In this document: in pieces, positions 1 through 10,233 of the stretch
How the letters are laid out: each line of letters opens with the position of its first letter
Position numbering within the stretch: the first letter of the stretch is position 1
Assembly: GCA_963828255.1 (NCBI GenBank)
Contig: CAWHDZ010000011.1
Coordinates: forward strand, 64,001 to 128,000
DNA: 64,000 bases
Direction of reading: 5' to 3'
Source of the DNA: an uncultured delta proteobacterium
GTDB taxonomy: Bacteria > Myxococcota > Myxococcia > Myxococcales > Anaeromyxobacteraceae
Program-made: the position numbers and the translations under genes
Notes under the pieces: model-generated
Database searches by the model: none
What the model was told of the DNA's origin: nothing
Seen by the model: the letters and a program-made list of their open reading frames with translations, nothing else

Positions 1-2595
1 ACCGTCTTCGGCAAGATCCTCGTCCCCAACGCCATGGCCCCCCCCTGGCTCATCGAGGGCATGCCGGTGCTCCACGAGTCCGGGCCAGGGCATGGACGGA
101 ACGCCAGCGCCCTCTTCGACATGTACACCCGGGCCATCGTGCTCGAGGGCGGGCTCTTCCCGCTGTCCGTGGTGTCGAACCCGCCGCTCGACTGGCCGCT
201 CGGGAACATGTGGTACCTGCTGGGCGGTCGCTTCCTCTCCTTCCTCCACGAACGCAACGGCGCCGATGGGCTGCGGGCTTTCCTGGCCGGGCAGGGGCGC
301 ATGGTGTGGCCGTACGCGGTGGGCGTGGTGGCCGAGGACACCCTGGGTGGAAAGGACTTCCCGGCGCTCTGGAGCGAGTTCGGGAAGGCCCTGCGCGACC
401 GGTACGAGGCCCAGATGGCCGAGGTCCGGCGTTCGCCGGTCACCGACCCCGCCTGGATCACCCGCCGCGGCGCCCGGGTCCACCACCCGCGCTGGTCGCC
501 GGACGGGACCTTCGTGGCCTTCTGGGACCGGGGGCTCGACGGACCGCAGGGCATCCGGCGCGCCACGCCCGAGGGGCTGGACCTGGGGCTCGCCGCCGAG
601 ATCCCGGCCAACGGCACCTTCGCGCTCCTCTCGCCCACCGAGGCGGTGGTGGCCGTCCAGGATTACTACCGGTACTACTGGCTGTGGAGCGACCTGTGGC
701 GCGTGGACCTCGACACCGGGCGCAGGACCCGGCTCACCGAGGGGAAGCGGGCCACCGACCCGGACGTCGTCCCGGGCGGCGCCTTCGTGGTCTACGTGGC
801 GCGCGTGGCCCCCGGGGAGATGGCGCTGGAGCGGCTCTGGCTCGCCGACGGGACCACCGAGACCCTGTTCCACCTGCCCGGCGCCCAGATCTACCTGCCG
901 CGGCTGTCCCCGGACTGCCTGCGCATCGCCTTCGAGATCCAGGTGGGGGCGAGGCGGGACATCGCCGTCTGGGAGGACGGGCGGGTGGCGCGCGTGACCG
1001 ACGACGACGCGCTCGACACCAGCCCGGAGTGGCTCCCCGACGGTCGCCTCCTCTTCTCCTCCGACCGCACCGGGATCTACGACCTCCACCTCTTCGAGCC
1101 GGGGCCCGGCGGCTGGCGCTCCGCCGTCGCGACGGCGCCCGCCCCGCTCCTCCCCCCCGAGCCGGGCACCCTCCTCTCCCTCGTGCCGCCCTTCCCCCGC
1201 ACGGCGGCGCCTCACGTCCCGCCGACCCCGGGACCGCCCCTCCCGTCCATCCTCGTCGTCCCCGGGACGGTGCGCCGGGTGACCAACTCCGGGACGGGCG
1301 CCATGCAGCCCGCCGTCTCCCCCGACGGGCGCCGGGTGGTCTACGTCTCCTACTCCCGCGCCGGATACGACCTGGCCCACCTCGATCTCCCGCCCGGTCC
1401 GCTCCCGGAGGCCCTTCCCGCCCCGCCCCGCCCCGCCGGGATCGACTACGACCGCGACCCCGGCTTCCCGGCCGTCCCCTACGACCCGCTCCCCATGCTG
1501 CTGCCCCGCTACTGGCTGCCGGTCTTCGGCTGGGACGCCGCTGGTTTCACGCTGGGTGCCATCTCCTCGGCGTCGGACGTGGTCGGTCTCCACTCCTGGG
1601 CCGCCGATCTCCGCTGGAGCTTCGGGACCGCCTCGCCGGTCTACGACGCCGCCTACGTGGGGGAGTGGCTGCGGACCCCGCTCCTGCTCGGGTCCTCCCG
1701 ATGGATCAGCTCCGCCCCCTACCTGGAAGGGGTGAACCAGGAGGTCTGGACCCCGCTGCAGGCATCGATCCTTCTGCCCATCCGCCAGCTCTACCGCCGC
1801 CTCTCCGTCTCGCTCGGGTGGGCCGGCACCTTCTACCGGGCGCTGAACCCGCCCCCGGGGCCGCTTCCCCTCCAGGACGGGTTCCGAAGCATGGTGAGCG
1901 GGAGCATCGCCTTCGACAACACCCGCCGGTTCGTGAACAGCATCTCGCGCATCTCGGGATTCCAGGCCTCGGTGGCGGCCGGCGTGACCTCGCCGGTGCT
2001 CGGCAGCGACTTCGATTACGTCTGGGGCAAGGTGGCCTGGAACGGTTACCAGCGCGTCCCCGGAACGAAGCAGTGGGTGCTGGCCCTCCACCTCGCGGCC
2101 GGGCTCTCGGAGGGGACGTTCGGAGGGCAGTACCCGTTCTCCCTCGGCGGCGTCCCGCAGCCCGACGTGGCCGGACTGCTCCTCTCCGCCCTCGGCTTCG
2201 CCAGCACCGGCTCCCAGCCGGATCAGCTGCGCGGCTATCCCTCGGGGATCTTCCAGGGCAGCAAGCTCGCCTCCGGGACCTTCGAGCTGCGCTTCCCCAT
2301 CGCCGCGCCACAATGGGGCTACTCGACCTGGCCCTTCTTCGTGCGCCGGATCTCCGGCTCGCTCTTCCTCGACGCCGGGAACGCCTGGGTGCCGATGGAG
2401 GGCATCCCCTGGCTGGAGCGCATCCGATTCGGCACGGGAGCGGAGGTCGCCGTGGAACTGGTGCTGGGCTTCTACCTGCCGGTGTTGCTGCGCGTGGGGC
2501 TCGGCCAGGGGCTCGGACGGCTGCTCGCCCCGGCGGGCGCGCCGGACCCGTACGCGGAGACCCAGGTCTACGTGACGCTGGGGGAGAGCTTCTAG
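1..2595 (+). CDS. Outer-membrane protein: peptidase MA-like N-terminal region, TolB/PD40 beta-propeller and BamA/Omp85-like C-terminal barrel (5' end outside window)
   Basis: Frame is open from base 1. PWLIEG..E motif; PD40-like repeats (PRWSPDG, PEWLPDG, PAVSPDG); QLRGY and ELRFP motifs; C-terminal Phe. Confidence 0.75.
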   Translation, partial: TVFGKILVPNAMAPPWLIEGMPVLHESGPGHGRNASALFDMYTRAIVLEGGLFPLSVVSNPPLDWPLGNMWYLLGGRFLSFLHERNGADGLRAFLAGQGRMVWPYAVGVVAEDTLGGKDFPALWSEFGKALRDRYEAQMAEVRRSPVTDPAWITRRGARVHHPRWSPDGTFVAFWDRGLDGPQGIRRATPEGLDLGLAAEIPANGTFALLSPTEAVVAVQDYYRYYWLWSDLWRVDLDTGRRTRLTEGKRATDPDVVPGGAFVVYVARVAPGEMALERLWLADGTTETLFHLPGAQIYLPRLSPDCLRIAFEIQVGARRDIAVWEDGRVARVTDDDALDTSPEWLPDGRLLFSSDRTGIYDLHLFEPGPGGWRSAVATAPAPLLPPEPGTLLSLVPPFPRTAAPHVPPTPGPPLPSILVVPGTVRRVTNSGTGAMQPAVSPDGRRVVYVSYSRAGYDLAHLDLPPGPLPEALPAPPRPAGIDYDRDPGFPAVPYDPLPMLLPRYWLPVFGWDAAGFTLGAISSASDVVGLHSWAADLRWSFGTASPVYDAAYVGEWLRTPLLLGSSRWISSAPYLEGVNQEVWTPLQASILLPIRQLYRRLSVSLGWAGTFYRALNPPPGPLPLQDGFRSMVSGSIAFDNTRRFVNSISRISGFQASVAAGVTSPVLGSDFDYVWGKVAWNGYQRVPGTKQWVLALHLAAGLSEGTFGGQYPFSLGGVPQPDVAGLLLSALGFASTGSQPDQLRGYPSGIFQGSKLASGTFELRFPIAAPQWGYSTWPFFVRRISGSLFLDAGNAWVPMEGIPWLERIRFGTGAEVAVELVLGFYLPVLLRVGLGQGLGRLLAPAGAPDPYAETQVYVTLGESF

Positions 2596-2609
2596 GCGAG
2601 CCGTCGGCC

Positions 2610-2638
2610 TTGCGGGACCGGGCCAGCGGTGCTAGAAA
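2610..2638 (+). promoter_or_regulatory. Putative sigma70 promoter of tRNA-Thr
   Basis: TTGCGG-N17-TAGAAA about 20 nt upstream of the tRNA. Confidence 0.5.
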
Positions 2639-2657
2639 CCCCGCGTTTCTTGCCCTT

Positions 2658-2733
<76 letters not shown>

Positions 2734-2749
2734 GAACACGAGCACCTGG

Positions 2750-2793
2750 GCGGCCATCGGTAACCCTTTCGGGTTCGCCGGTGGCCGCTTTTT
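2750..2793 (+). terminator. Rho-independent terminator after tRNA-Thr
   Basis: GCGGCCATCGG...CCGGTGGCCGC stem with inner AACCC-TTTC-GGGTT hairpin, followed by TTTTT. Confidence 0.8.
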
Positions 2794-2803
2794 CGCGCCC
2801 CGT

Positions 2804-2832
2804 TTGCCACACCTACGCCACACCAGTGGCAA
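2804..2832. repeat. Tandem GCCACACC direct repeats within a TTGCCAC/GTGGCAA inverted repeat; arm-type att-site-like
   Basis: GCCACACC at 2806 and 2817; TTGCCAC at 2804 and GTGGCAA at 2826. Confidence 0.55.
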
Positions 2833-2837
2833 GATCG

Positions 2838-3130
2838 CGGTTCGAGGCCGACCCCTTCCACTAGGTTCCGCGCACCCAGGCCGGCAACGTGTGGGGACCG
2901 GCGGTCCTCGACTTCCTCCAGTTCCAGCGGTTCACCCAGGGCCGCACCGAGAAGTACGTCGACGAGCAGGCGCGCTACCTCCAGCGGTGGGGCGAGAGGA
3001 AGGCGTTCTTCGGGCTCGACTCCTTCACCCAGGACGAGGTCGAGGCCTTCCTGGCCGACCTCCAGAGGGGCGAGGTCACGACCAAGCTGGTCATCGCGCG
3101 CGACGAGGAGGGCCAGGGACCACGACCGAA
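2838..3130 (+). pseudogene. Relic of a tyrosine integrase (N-terminal/core-binding region only)
   Basis: Frame reads RFEADPFH*VPRTQAGNVWGPAVLDFLQFQRFTQGRTEKYVDEQARYLQRW...FGLDSFTQDEVEAFLADL, resembling the SAM-like domain of integrases. In-frame TAG at 2862, no catalytic domain, adjacent to a tRNA 3' end. Confidence 0.55.
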
Positions 3131-3198
3131 CGAAGAACACCGCCGACCTCCGCGTCCACCAAGTTCGCGAACCGAAGAAGAAGACCCCGAAGCGGCCC

Positions 3199-6100
3199 TC
3201 ACTTCGCCGCCAGCCGCTCCCGCATCGCCTTCGCCTCGATGAGCAGTGGCATGTCCTCGTCTGCCTTCTCCCATCGCTTCAACATCTCCGCGTTCCGCTC
3301 GCGGGCCGTGGGGAGGTCGCCGAGCTTCTCGTGGCAAAGGGCCAGGGAGTGCAGCATCAACGGAAGGAACGAAAGCCGCTCGTCCTCCAGATCAAACTTC
3401 ACGTGAACGGCCCGCTCGTAGGATTCGATGGCGCCCGCGCAATCCCCCCTCGCGCGGAGGTAGTGGCCGCGGATGATCCTCGCGGGGAGCAGCCAGATGG
3501 TACCGGAAGGCTCGGCCGCCTGGGCGAGCGCCCGGAGCGCCGCCTCGGGCGGTCCCTCGTGTGCGGTGGCGATGGCCGTCATCAGCACGCGCCCCTCCGG
3601 CACGGGATCCGACGCGGTTCGGCCGTCCAGGACGCGGCGAGCGATCGGCCCGGCGAGGTCGAACCGGCCAGCCTCGGCGGCTGTTAGCGACGCCGACAGC
3701 GCCACGCCCCCGCTGCCGCCGCCAGCGTGGACGACGCCCTCGTGCTCCTCCAAGGCCCTCGTGGCTGCCTCGAGCGCGGGGAAGTCCTGCGCGGAAGCCG
3801 CATCCCACATGTCCGAAAGGCGACGACTCTGAACATATCCACTGCGGGAGACGGGTGCGCCCGCACGATCGCTTCGTCTGGCTTCCTGGATCTTGCCCTG
3901 GGCGATGAGGGCCTGGAAGAGGGCGGTCTTGAACTCGCGTGCGGCGTCCGTCATCGTGTCCCAGGCGGCATCCTCCGGCACGCCAGCGAGGCCCGCGCGG
4001 GCCGCCCGTTCCGCCTCCGCGGCCCGGCCCGAGTAGACGAGATGACCGAGGAGGGGACGGGAGGGCCAGGCCCCTCCTGCCATCGCGACTTTCCGCCGGA
4101 AGATCTCGGTGGCCTCCTCCACCAGGTTCTCGGTGAGGAAGGCAATGCCCAGGTTCCAGAGCTCTTGACTCGAGGTCGCGAGCCGCGCCTGCTCACGAAG
4201 CCAGGGGAGGTCCTGGTCGACGCGGCCCGTGTCGGCAAGGGCCCGCACCAGGGGAACCACCGCCCTCCGGTACCCGGGGTCGAGGCGGAGCGCCTGCCGG
4301 TAGTAGGGGATGGCGTCCAGCTTGAGCTCTGCGTTCGACCGGACGACGCCCGCGAGGAACTGGGCCTCCTTGTCGAGCGGGTAGGCGTCGGCCAGCCGAG
4401 CGCTCGCCTCCCTGGCATCCTCCCAGCGGTTCGTGGCCTGCGACCGGAGCACGCGGAGGACGAGGCGTTCCCTTTCCGGGAGGCGAGGGGCGAGGCGCTC
4501 GGCGGCGGCAAGATGTGGGTCCGGCTCCTCGGCCCAGTGTCGCCAGATCGCCGAGTAGGGCCGCATGGTCGCGAGCTGGTAGTGGGCCAGCGCGAAATCC
4601 GGGTCCTCGACGAGAGCCTCCTCGGCGAGGCGGATGGCCTCGTCGCGACGAGCGCCGTCGAGGGCGGCCCGGCTCCGGGAGAGGAGATCCCAGGCCTTGG
4701 GGCTCGCGGTGGTGATGGATGAGACGCGGACGATGGGTTCCGGACCAGCGGTCTCGGCGACCCCGATCCGGCTGCGTACCGTCGACGCGAGACGATCGAC
4801 GAGGTCGAACACCGCAGGCTTCCCCGGCGCCCGGTCGCTCACGGTGAAGACGTACTCGTCGTGGAGCGGGTCGAGGGCCCGCAGCTCCACCACGTAGGCC
4901 TCGCCCATCCGCCGGATGGACGCGAGCAGGAGGGCGTTGGCGCGGGCCTCCCGCCCCACCTCGCGCGCCAGCGTCTCGTCGATGCGCTGGACGTCCGCCT
5001 TGCCCAGCTGCTTCAGGACGTCGAGCATGCGACCGCGGGTGAGGACCCGGAGCTGCGTTCCCTGCTCCAGCGAGGTGATGAGGAGGCCGCTGATGCCGTC
5101 GAGCTCGCTGTCCCCGGTCTCGTTGGCGAAGTCGGCGACGGCGACGGTGGGACGGCCGCCAGGGATCTGCCGCTCCCAGATGTGCCAGGTGGCGAAGCCG
5201 GCGACGGCGAGACCGACGAGGACGAAGGCAGTCGCGAAGGCCGTGACGCGACGGATGCGACGAGGGCGCTCGATGGCCCGCCGAGCCGAGTGAAGTTCGG
5301 CGAGCCAGGCTGATCCGTTCCGCGGTCGCGCTTCCGGGTCGTCCGACACCGACGCGGCGATGGCCTTCCCCAACGCTCGGGGGAGCCCTCCCATCTTCGA
5401 CCGCGACACCGTGGACGGTGGCGAGCCGGAGGGCGGTGAGCCCCACATCAGCTCCGTCCCGCCCTCGGCGACCGCAGGCCCCGGCGGTGGCGACGGCGTC
5501 CGCTCCACCGGGCGCTTCCCTGTAAGCATCTCCCCCAGCACCATCCCCGCCGCATAGACGTCGGCCCGCTCGTCCACGGCTGCCCCTGCAGCCTGCTCCG
5601 GCGCCATGTACGCGGGGGTCCCGGCTCCGCTCGACCCCTCGGTTCCGAGCAGGTGGGCCAGGCCGAAGTCGAGCAGTTTCACCCGGCCGTCCTCGCAGAC
5701 GAAGACGTTCGCGGGCTTGAGGTCCCGGTGAAGGACTCCGCGGGAATGCGCGTGTGCCAGCCCCTCCGCCATCTGTTCCGCGACCCGCAGCGCCTCGTCG
5801 ACGGGCAGAGGACCCTCCTCGATCAGCTTCGCCAGCGTCTCGCCGCGGAGCAGTTCCATCACGAGGTAGGCGCCCGCCGGGCAGGTTCCTACGTCGAAGA
5901 TGGTGACGATGGCCGGGTGGTCAAGCTTCGCGACCGCCTCGGCCTCCTTCTTGATCCACGCCTCGGAGAACTGGTGCTTCGTTCGCCCCGGCTTCAGGGC
6001 CTTGAGCGCGACCGTCCGTCCCAGTTCCGGGTCGAATGCTTCGTACACGGCGCCGAACCCGCCCCGGCCGATCTCCCGACGGATCTGGTACCGACCGATG

Positions 6101-6249
6101 GCGTCCCCGGGCTTGAGCGGCTCGCGCCAGGACGCGGCGAGGTCCCCTTCCGGAATCTGGAAGATCTCGACGAGGAGCCGAGAGATAGCCCCGGGCTCCC
6201 CGGCGCTCGACCCGGCCGCGCTGTCGCGCTGTTCGTCGCTCCCCGCCAA
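3199..6249 (-). CDS. Membrane Ser/Thr protein kinase with TolB_N-like domain and TPR repeats
   Basis: [21 protein letters not shown] and YMAPE motifs; TM helix; [15 protein letters not shown]-like helices; AGGAGG RBS before the TTG start. Confidence 0.92.
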   Translation of the reverse strand: MAGSDEQRDSAAGSSAGEPGAISRLLVEIFQIPEGDLAASWREPLKPGDAIGRYQIRREIGRGGFGAVYEAFDPELGRTVALKALKPGRTKHQFSEAWIKKEAEAVAKLDHPAIVTIFDVGTCPAGAYLVMELLRGETLAKLIEEGPLPVDEALRVAEQMAEGLAHAHSRGVLHRDLKPANVFVCEDGRVKLLDFGLAHLLGTEGSSGAGTPAYMAPEQAAGAAVDERADVYAAGMVLGEMLTGKRPVERTPSPPPGPAVAEGGTELMWGSPPSGSPPSTVSRSKMGGLPRALGKAIAASVSDDPEARPRNGSAWLAELHSARRAIERPRRIRRVTAFATAFVLVGLAVAGFATWHIWERQIPGGRPTVAVADFANETGDSELDGISGLLITSLEQGTQLRVLTRGRMLDVLKQLGKADVQRIDETLAREVGREARANALLLASIRRMGEAYVVELRALDPLHDEYVFTVSDRAPGKPAVFDLVDRLASTVRSRIGVAETAGPEPIVRVSSITTASPKAWDLLSRSRAALDGARRDEAIRLAEEALVEDPDFALAHYQLATMRPYSAIWRHWAEEPDPHLAAAERLAPRLPERERLVLRVLRSQATNRWEDAREASARLADAYPLDKEAQFLAGVVRSNAELKLDAIPYYRQALRLDPGYRRAVVPLVRALADTGRVDQDLPWLREQARLATSSQELWNLGIAFLTENLVEEATEIFRRKVAMAGGAWPSRPLLGHLVYSGRAAEAERAARAGLAGVPEDAAWDTMTDAAREFKTALFQALIAQGKIQEARRSDRAGAPVSRSGYVQSRRLSDMWDAASAQDFPALEAATRALEEHEGVVHAGGGSGGVALSASLTAAEAGRFDLAGPIARRVLDGRTASDPVPEGRVLMTAIATAHEGPPEAALRALAQAAEPSGTIWLLPARIIRGHYLRARGDCAGAIESYERAVHVKFDLEDERLSFLPLMLHSLALCHEKLGDLPTARERNAEMLKRWEKADEDMPLLIEAKAMRERLAAK

Positions 6250-6534
6250 GACGATCCTCCTGGGGACAGAGGGGCGAGGCTACCTGATCGAGGAGTGGGG
6301 CGTCATCCCGGCGCCCGGGAAGCCCGGCGGGGGCGGACCAGGCTCTTGAGAAGAGGGCCATTTGCGGCGGGTGTTGACGGACAGCGTACCCCGCCGCCGC
6401 GCACCGCCGAGCCTCCGGGTGGGGTGCACCGTGTAAACGACCGGTGTGGGTGATCATGGCGGCGCGGTGCGGCGGGCGGCGCGCCTGAACGCCACCGCCC
6501 GGCATCCGCTTCCAGAAGCCGACCGCCCCCGAGG

Positions 6535-8407
6535 TCAAGGGCTCGTAGAAAAAGCCACGTCATCGAAGTAATAGGTCGAATTGGCGCTTCCATCACCCGC
6601 TGTACCAAAATCGAAAAAGAAGACGATCTTGTTGTCGTTGTTGTTCACCGGAGGAAACAACGTGGGCGAACTGATAGTCGAAGGTCAATTCCACCCATTC
6701 ATTCGCCCTGTCGATGACGGCATCTGTTTCGAAGGCGCCACCATCGAAATCGGTCGGACTGCCTTCGAACTTCAACATCAACTTCTTGCCCGCAACCGGG
6801 GCCCACACCTTCACCTTGATCACCTTGTTGGTGGAGAAATCAATTGGTCCAGCCATCTGAATCACACTTCCCGCAAAGGTCTCGCCTGGGTCCTTTATCA
6901 ATTCCACCACCGTTGCACTCTGGTTGATGCCCGTCGGGAATGGATTGGGCAACACCCTCGTGACCGCCCCCCCGAAATCGGCAAACGGGTACATCACCGA
7001 GGTCGATTCGAAGGTCAAAGGCAAGACGGGTAGATCCAGGATCGGTCCGGTGCCGGCCGACTGCGTCACGTCATCGAACAAATAGGTTGAAAGTGGGCCG
7101 CCGTTGCCTGCGGTTCCAAAATCGAACATGAATACGATCTGATCATTCAAGTTGTTGACTGGCTCGGCCGAAAAATCAAAAGTCAACTCCTCCCACACAT
7201 TCGCTGCAGTCACCGGAGCCGACAATTTCTGAAAGAACGGACCGGCACCTTCGAATTTCAGCAATAGCTTGATCCCTGCCACGGGTGAGAAGACCTTCAC
7301 CTTGAAGATCCTTTTCGTAGAAAAATCGACAGGTGCAGCCATTGTTATCTTGCTGCCTGCCCATACCGCCCCGGTGCCCTTGACCGATTGCGCAACGGTG
7401 GCACTCGTGTTGATGCCTGTCTGGTGAGGATTTGCAATCGTCGTGGTCACGGCTCCATCGAAATCCGTGAATGGATAGGGCGACGAGGATTCAAAATCCA
7501 ATAGGGTCTGGGCGGTCGGCTGCTGCGGGGATGAGACCGAGGAGGTCGCGGTCGTCCTGCCGGACGCGGTGTGCGTGGCGGTGATGGTCGCGGAACCGAC
7601 GGTCACCGCGGTCACGAGCCCTGCCGCGCTGACCGTGGCCACGCCGGGCGAGGACGAGACGAAGGTCGATCCGGCCGTGAGGTTGGCCGTCGAGGAGTCG
7701 CCGTACGTTCCGGTGACGGTCAGCTGCTGCGTCGCCCCCGGGGCCAGCGTGGAGCTGGCCGGCGTCAACGCGACGGAGACGAGGGTGGGCGCCACGCTGC
7801 CGACGACGACGAAGACGGTGGCGGTCGCGATCCGACGCGAGGCGGTGTGCGTGGCCACGATGGTCGTGCTCCCGGCCGAGACCCCGGTCACCAGGCCGCC
7901 CGCGCTGACCGTGGCCACGCCGGGCGAGGACGAGACGAATGTCGAGCCGGCCGTGAGGTTGGCCGTCGAGGCGTCGCTGTACAGCCCCGACACGGTCAGC
8001 TGCTCGGTCCCCCGGACGGCGACCTGGGCGCTCGGGGGGATGATGTCGATGGCGACCAGCGTCGGCGCCAAGGACACGGTCACGGTCACGCTGGCGGTCA
8101 GGCCGGAGGCCGCCGCGGTGATGGTGGCGGAGCCCTCGGCGAGTCCGGTCACCACACCCGAGGTGCTGACCGCCGCGACGGCCGAAGCGTCGGAGGAGAA
8201 GGTCAGGCCCGCGGTGATGGGGGCCCTGGTTCCGTCGCTGTTGATCGCGGTGACGGCGAGATGCCCGACCCCGCCCACCGCCAGCCGGAGGGGGCTCGGA
8301 GTGACGGCGATCGCGGACAGGGTCGCGCTGCTGGAACCACAGCCAGGGAGAAGGAGCCCAGGGAGGACGGCGAGGGCGACCAGCAACGACGGCTTTCGAA
8401 GTGTCAT
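6535..8407 (-). CDS. Surface lipoprotein: three Big_2 (Ig-like) repeats plus two galactose-binding-like/CBM modules; one-base frameshift near 6673
   Basis: Lipobox LPGC; repeated (F)xSSxxxVAxVSxxGxVT motifs; two homologous ~150-aa modules. The C-terminus of module 2 (KIVFFFDFGTAGDGSANSTYYFDDV) lies in a shifted frame ending at TGA 6535. Confidence 0.8.
7624..7971. repeat. Near-identical 72-bp intragenic repeat (7624-7695 and 7900-7971) between Big_2 domains 2 and 3
   Basis: Offset 276 bp (92 codons); two mismatches seen. Confidence 0.85.
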
Positions 8408-8587
8408 GTGCTTGCCTCGGGGTTCGGTGCGCGTTGCCGCTTTGTTCGCTATCCGAACCAAGTATATGCCACCTTTCTTCCCAGGATGATGAGGCCGCCA
8501 CTCGAGCAGGAGGCCGGCGCCAGGGCTCCTCTGCCCGGCTGCCGCCGCTGCCGCTCCGGCCCTGCCGCGACGGGGCCTTCCCGGTAG

Positions 8588-8683
8588 GGATTCGTCCGCT
8601 ACACGCGCGTCTCGCTCGACACGTTGATTGGCAAGTGGCAGCGCATGGGCGCGCCCGAGGCCGAGGAACTCCTGGGCGCCTGA
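8588..8683 (+). pseudogene. C-terminal fragment of a small protein similar to the 24263-24502 ORF
   Basis: GFVRYTRVSLDTLIGKWQRMGA versus GYGRLARISSDVLLGTWKRMGG; preceded by an in-frame TAG. Confidence 0.45.
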
Positions 8684-8757
8684 CTCGGGGCTCGGTGGTC
8701 GGCAGTCAGGCCGGGGTATGCTCCGGCGAGCATCTGCACCGCACCAATCGAACCCCC

Positions 8758-9162
8758 ATGGCTCCTCGACGCAGCGCCAACGCTCGACTCCGGACTGGAC
8801 GGCTCCTGTTCGTCCTCGCCGCATCCCTGGCGGCCTGCGGCTCCTCGGCGTCGTACACGATTCCCTCCGCGGCCATCAACACCGCCATCGCCGCCGGCGC
8901 CTCCGCGGCGCAGAGGTCCGCCGGGGGGTGCTACGCGCAGTGCGTGGGCGGGACCGTCTGCAACCCGCGCAACGGATTCTGCGAGTCGCCGGGAGCCGTG
9001 TGCCTGGGGATGGAATCCAATCCACCCTCCTGTCTCAACCGACCGGGCACGACGATGGGAACCACGACGGCGGGACCCGGCGGCACGGGCGAGACCCTCT
9101 TCCCTCTGGGCGTCTCCCCCGCCACCGGGTCGGTCCCCCCGCCGCCCGGAAGCCGTCCCTGA
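8758..9162 (+). CDS. Small Cys-rich lipoprotein
   Basis: Lipobox LAAC; GGCYAQCxxGTVCNxxxGFCE motif. Confidence 0.75.
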   Translation: MAPRRSANARLRTGRLLFVLAASLAACGSSASYTIPSAAINTAIAAGASAAQRSAGGCYAQCVGGTVCNPRNGFCESPGAVCLGMESNPPSCLNRPGTTMGTTTAGPGGTGETLFPLGVSPATGSVPPPPGSRP

Positions 9163-9174
9163 GGCGCCCCGCGC

Positions 9175-10233
9175 ATGTCCGGCGTAGGATGCACGGCAGG
9201 AGGAGCCCCCTTGTCCCGTCCCGTGAACCGCCAGTGGCTGCTCGCCCGCCGTCCCGAGGGGCTCGTCTCCTCCGGCGACTTCCAGTTCGTCGAGTCCCCC
9301 GCGCCCGAGCCCACCGATGGCGAGGCCCTGGTCAGGAACCTCTACCTCTCCGTCGATCCCACCCAGCGCGGCTGGATGGCCGGCGACACCTATCTCCCCG
9401 CGGTGAAGATCGGCGAGGTCATGCGCTCCTTCGCCGTCGGCGAGGTGGCCGAGTCGCGCCACCCGGCGTTCAAGCCCGGCCAGCTCGTGCAGGGGCTCTT
9501 CGGCTGGCAGGACTGGGCAATCGCCCGCCCGGGGACATCCTCCTCCCCGACCCCGATCCCGTCGGGCGTCCCGGTGGAGACGGCCATGAGCGTGCTCGGG
9601 CTCACCGGCATCACGGCGTACTTCGGCCTGCTCGACGTGGGCCGCCCGAAGCCAGGGGAGACGGTGGTCGTCTCCGGCGCAGCGGGCGCGACCGGATCGG
9701 CCGCGGCCCAGATCGCGAAGATCGCCGGTTGCCGGGTCATCGGCATCGCCGGAGGGCCGGAGAAGTGCGCCTACCTCACCGGCGAGCTGGGCCTCGACGG
9801 CGCCGTGGACCACCGCGGCGCAAACGTGGGCAAGGCGCTCCGGGAGCTCTGCCCGAAGGGGATCGACGTCTTCTTCGACAACGTGGGGGGTCCGGTCCTC
9901 GACCTGGTCCTCGGGCAGCTCGCGATGAGGGGGCGGGTCGTCCTCTGCGGCGGCATCGCCCATTACAACGACGCCCTCCCCGCCCGGGGCCCCGCCAACT
10001 ACCTGGCGCTGGTCATGAAGCGCGGCCGCATGGAGGGGTTCATCGTGCTCGACTACCTGGCACGCGCCGGCGAGGCGGTGGCGGCCCTCTCCGGGTGGCT
10101 GCGCGACGGCCGTCTCAAGGACCGGGTGGACGTGGTCCAGGGCCTGGAGAACGCCCCGGCCGCCCTGCTGCGCGTCTTCGAGGGGAAGAACCAGGGCAAG
10201 CAGCTGGTCCGGCTGGCCGCCCCTTCGCCGTGA
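9175..10233 (+). CDS. NADP-dependent oxidoreductase (MDR family, CurA/prostaglandin reductase-like)
   Basis: LYLSVDP, VSGAAGATGS, GIDVFFDNVGG and GKQLV motifs; start may be the TTG at 9211. Confidence 0.92.
   Translation: MSGVGCTAGGAPLSRPVNRQWLLARRPEGLVSSGDFQFVESPAPEPTDGEALVRNLYLSVDPTQRGWMAGDTYLPAVKIGEVMRSFAVGEVAESRHPAFKPGQLVQGLFGWQDWAIARPGTSSSPTPIPSGVPVETAMSVLGLTGITAYFGLLDVGRPKPGETVVVSGAAGATGSAAAQIAKIAGCRVIGIAGGPEKCAYLTGELGLDGAVDHRGANVGKALRELCPKGIDVFFDNVGGPVLDLVLGQLAMRGRVVLCGGIAHYNDALPARGPANYLALVMKRGRMEGFIVLDYLARAGEAVAALSGWLRDGRLKDRVDVVQGLENAPAALLRVFEGKNQGKQLVRLAAPSP

Noticed and set aside
6250..6534. GC-rich imperfect inverted repeats as a possible ncRNA
   Set aside because: Such pairing is expected by chance at this GC content, and no known RNA motif was recognised.
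2862..8587. In-frame TAG codons (2862, 8585) as pyrrolysine or read-through recoding
   Set aside because: Both lie in truncated fragments, and many intact genes here end in TAG.
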